Source of the DNA: a virus
Taxonomy: Duplodnaviria; Heunggongvirae; Uroviricota; Caudoviricetes
IMG/VR virus record: IMGVR_UViG_2529292715_000018
Reading direction: 5' to 3' (one strand)
Length of the DNA stretch: 7,531 bases
Below the pieces are notes generated by a model. The model had not been told where the DNA came from. It worked only from the letters and a program-made list of their open reading frames with translations, and did not search any database. Shown here piece after piece: positions 6,782-7,531 of this stretch. Position 1 is the stretch's first letter; each line of letters starts with the position of its first letter. The translations under genes and the position numbers were made by a program.

Positions 6782-6793
6782 CCTCAACGCACC
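6782..6793 (+). promoter_or_regulatory. fbi-like 3' element of hok mRNA (CCTCAACGCACC)
   Basis: Reverse complement GGTGCGTTGAGG pairs with 6409-6419 with a single-nucleotide bulge. Confidence 0.5.
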
Positions 6794-6799
6794 CGCACT

Positions 6800-6823
6800 A
6801 AACCCGCTTCGGCGGGTTTTTTG
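6800..6823 (+). terminator. Rho-independent terminator of hok transcript
   Basis: Hairpin AACCCGC-TTCG-GCGGGTT followed by TTTTTT. Confidence 0.75.
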
Positions 6824-7007
6824 TTGCGTGCTGAATACGCAGGGTGAAAAATAACCATATATTTGATTATATACACAACAAAAAATAAAAGTCATTGTAC
6901 TTGCACATTAAACAATCAAATATACGGCGTGAAATAAATATTTTTCAGATTAATATTTTTGTCTCTATGTGGATATAACCGTTTGTACTTATAAACCTGG
7001 AGGCATC

Positions 7008-7220
7008 GTGGAGAAAATAAAGAAACTATTTAGTAGCAAATACGCAGTCATACGTCGTGATGACCTGTCAGTTATAGTCGAAATGGATTACTTCCCTGAA
7101 ACCCCAAAATCAATAATGTATCGTAATGGTCGAAAGGCAATTTTTTTACCGATGAGGGTAAGTGACATTATGGGAAATGATAAACTGCTGGATGAATTGC
7201 GAGTCAGAGCATCCTGTTAG
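7008..7220 (+). CDS. Hypothetical small protein (70 aa from GTG 7008; 83 aa if GTG 6969 is used)
   Basis: SD GGAGG 4 nt before GTG at 7008. Preceded by an AT-rich promoter-like region (6840-6990). Stop at 7218-7220, 2 nt before the IS1 terminus. Function unknown. Confidence 0.45.
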   Translation: MEKIKKLFSSKYAVIRRDDLSVIVEMDYFPETPKSIMYRNGRKAIFLPMRVSDIMGNDKLLDELRVRASC

Positions 7221-7222
7221 TA

Positions 7223-7531
7223 GGTAATGACTCCAACTTACTGATAGTGTTTTATGTTCAGATAATGCCCGATGACCTTGTCATGCAGCTCCACCGATTT
7301 TGAGAACGACAGTGACTTCCGTCCCAGCCTTGCCAGATGTTGTCTCAGATTCAGATTATGTCGCTCAATGCGCTGAGTGTAACGCTTGCTGATAACGTGC
7401 AGCTTTCCCTTCAGGCGTGATTCATACAGCGGCCAGCCATCCGTCATCCATACCATGACCTCAAAGGCCGACAGCAGGCTCAGAAGACGCTCCAGTGTGG
7501 CCAGAGTGCGTTCACCGAAGACGTGCGCCAC
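7223..7531 (-). mobile_element. IS1 element, partial (terminus at 7223; continues beyond window end)
   Basis: Terminus GGTAATGACTCCAACTTACTGATAGTGTTTTATGTTCAGATAATGCCCGATGAC matches the IS1 inverted repeat as recalled. InsB C-terminus is encoded on the minus strand. Confidence 0.9.
7238..7531 (-). CDS. insB: IS1 transposase InsB, C-terminal part (partial at window edge)
   Basis: [94 protein letters not shown] matches InsB with a few substitutions relative to the K-12 isoform as recalled. Confidence 0.9.
   Translation of the reverse strand: MAHVFGERTLATLERLLSLLSAFEVMVWMTDGWPLYESRLKGKLHVISKRYTQRIERHNLNLRQHLARLGRKSLSFSKSVELHDKVIGHYLNIKHYQ

Noticed and set aside
1-7531. CRISPR array, tRNA or rRNA genes
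   Set aside because: No regularly spaced direct repeats with unique spacers and no cloverleaf-like or rRNA-like segments were seen.

Overview
This window is a decayed lambdoid prophage segment (replication module, nin-type accessory genes, a hok-type toxin locus) cut by three insertion sequences, a pattern typical of IS-rich Shigella/E. coli genomes. All calls are from reading the sequence and recalled protein families; no searches were run. From left to right: the end of an IS600-like IS3-family element (1-367); a DUF1376-type phage replication initiator gene split by an IS2 copy (820-2072) with a 5-bp target duplication; a DnaC-like helicase loader; a Ren-like protein; a zinc-ribbon protein; an AT-rich islet with a small membrane-protein ORF; an HNH endonuclease; a hypothetical protein; a DUF551 protein coupled to a 27-aa hydrophobic peptide; a terminator; a complete-looking hok/mok/sok-type type I toxin-antitoxin locus; an AT-rich small ORF; and the end of an IS1 element (7223 to window end). 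The most notable observations are an apparent phage origin (iterons plus AT-rich tract) inside the initiator gene that IS2 has split, an IS2 copy missing about 78 bp around its frameshift site, and a hok locus that retains its 5' and 3' regulatory elements. No CRISPR array, tRNA or rRNA was seen. I could not identify a single clearly novel system; the AT-rich islet and small ORFs are the least explained parts.
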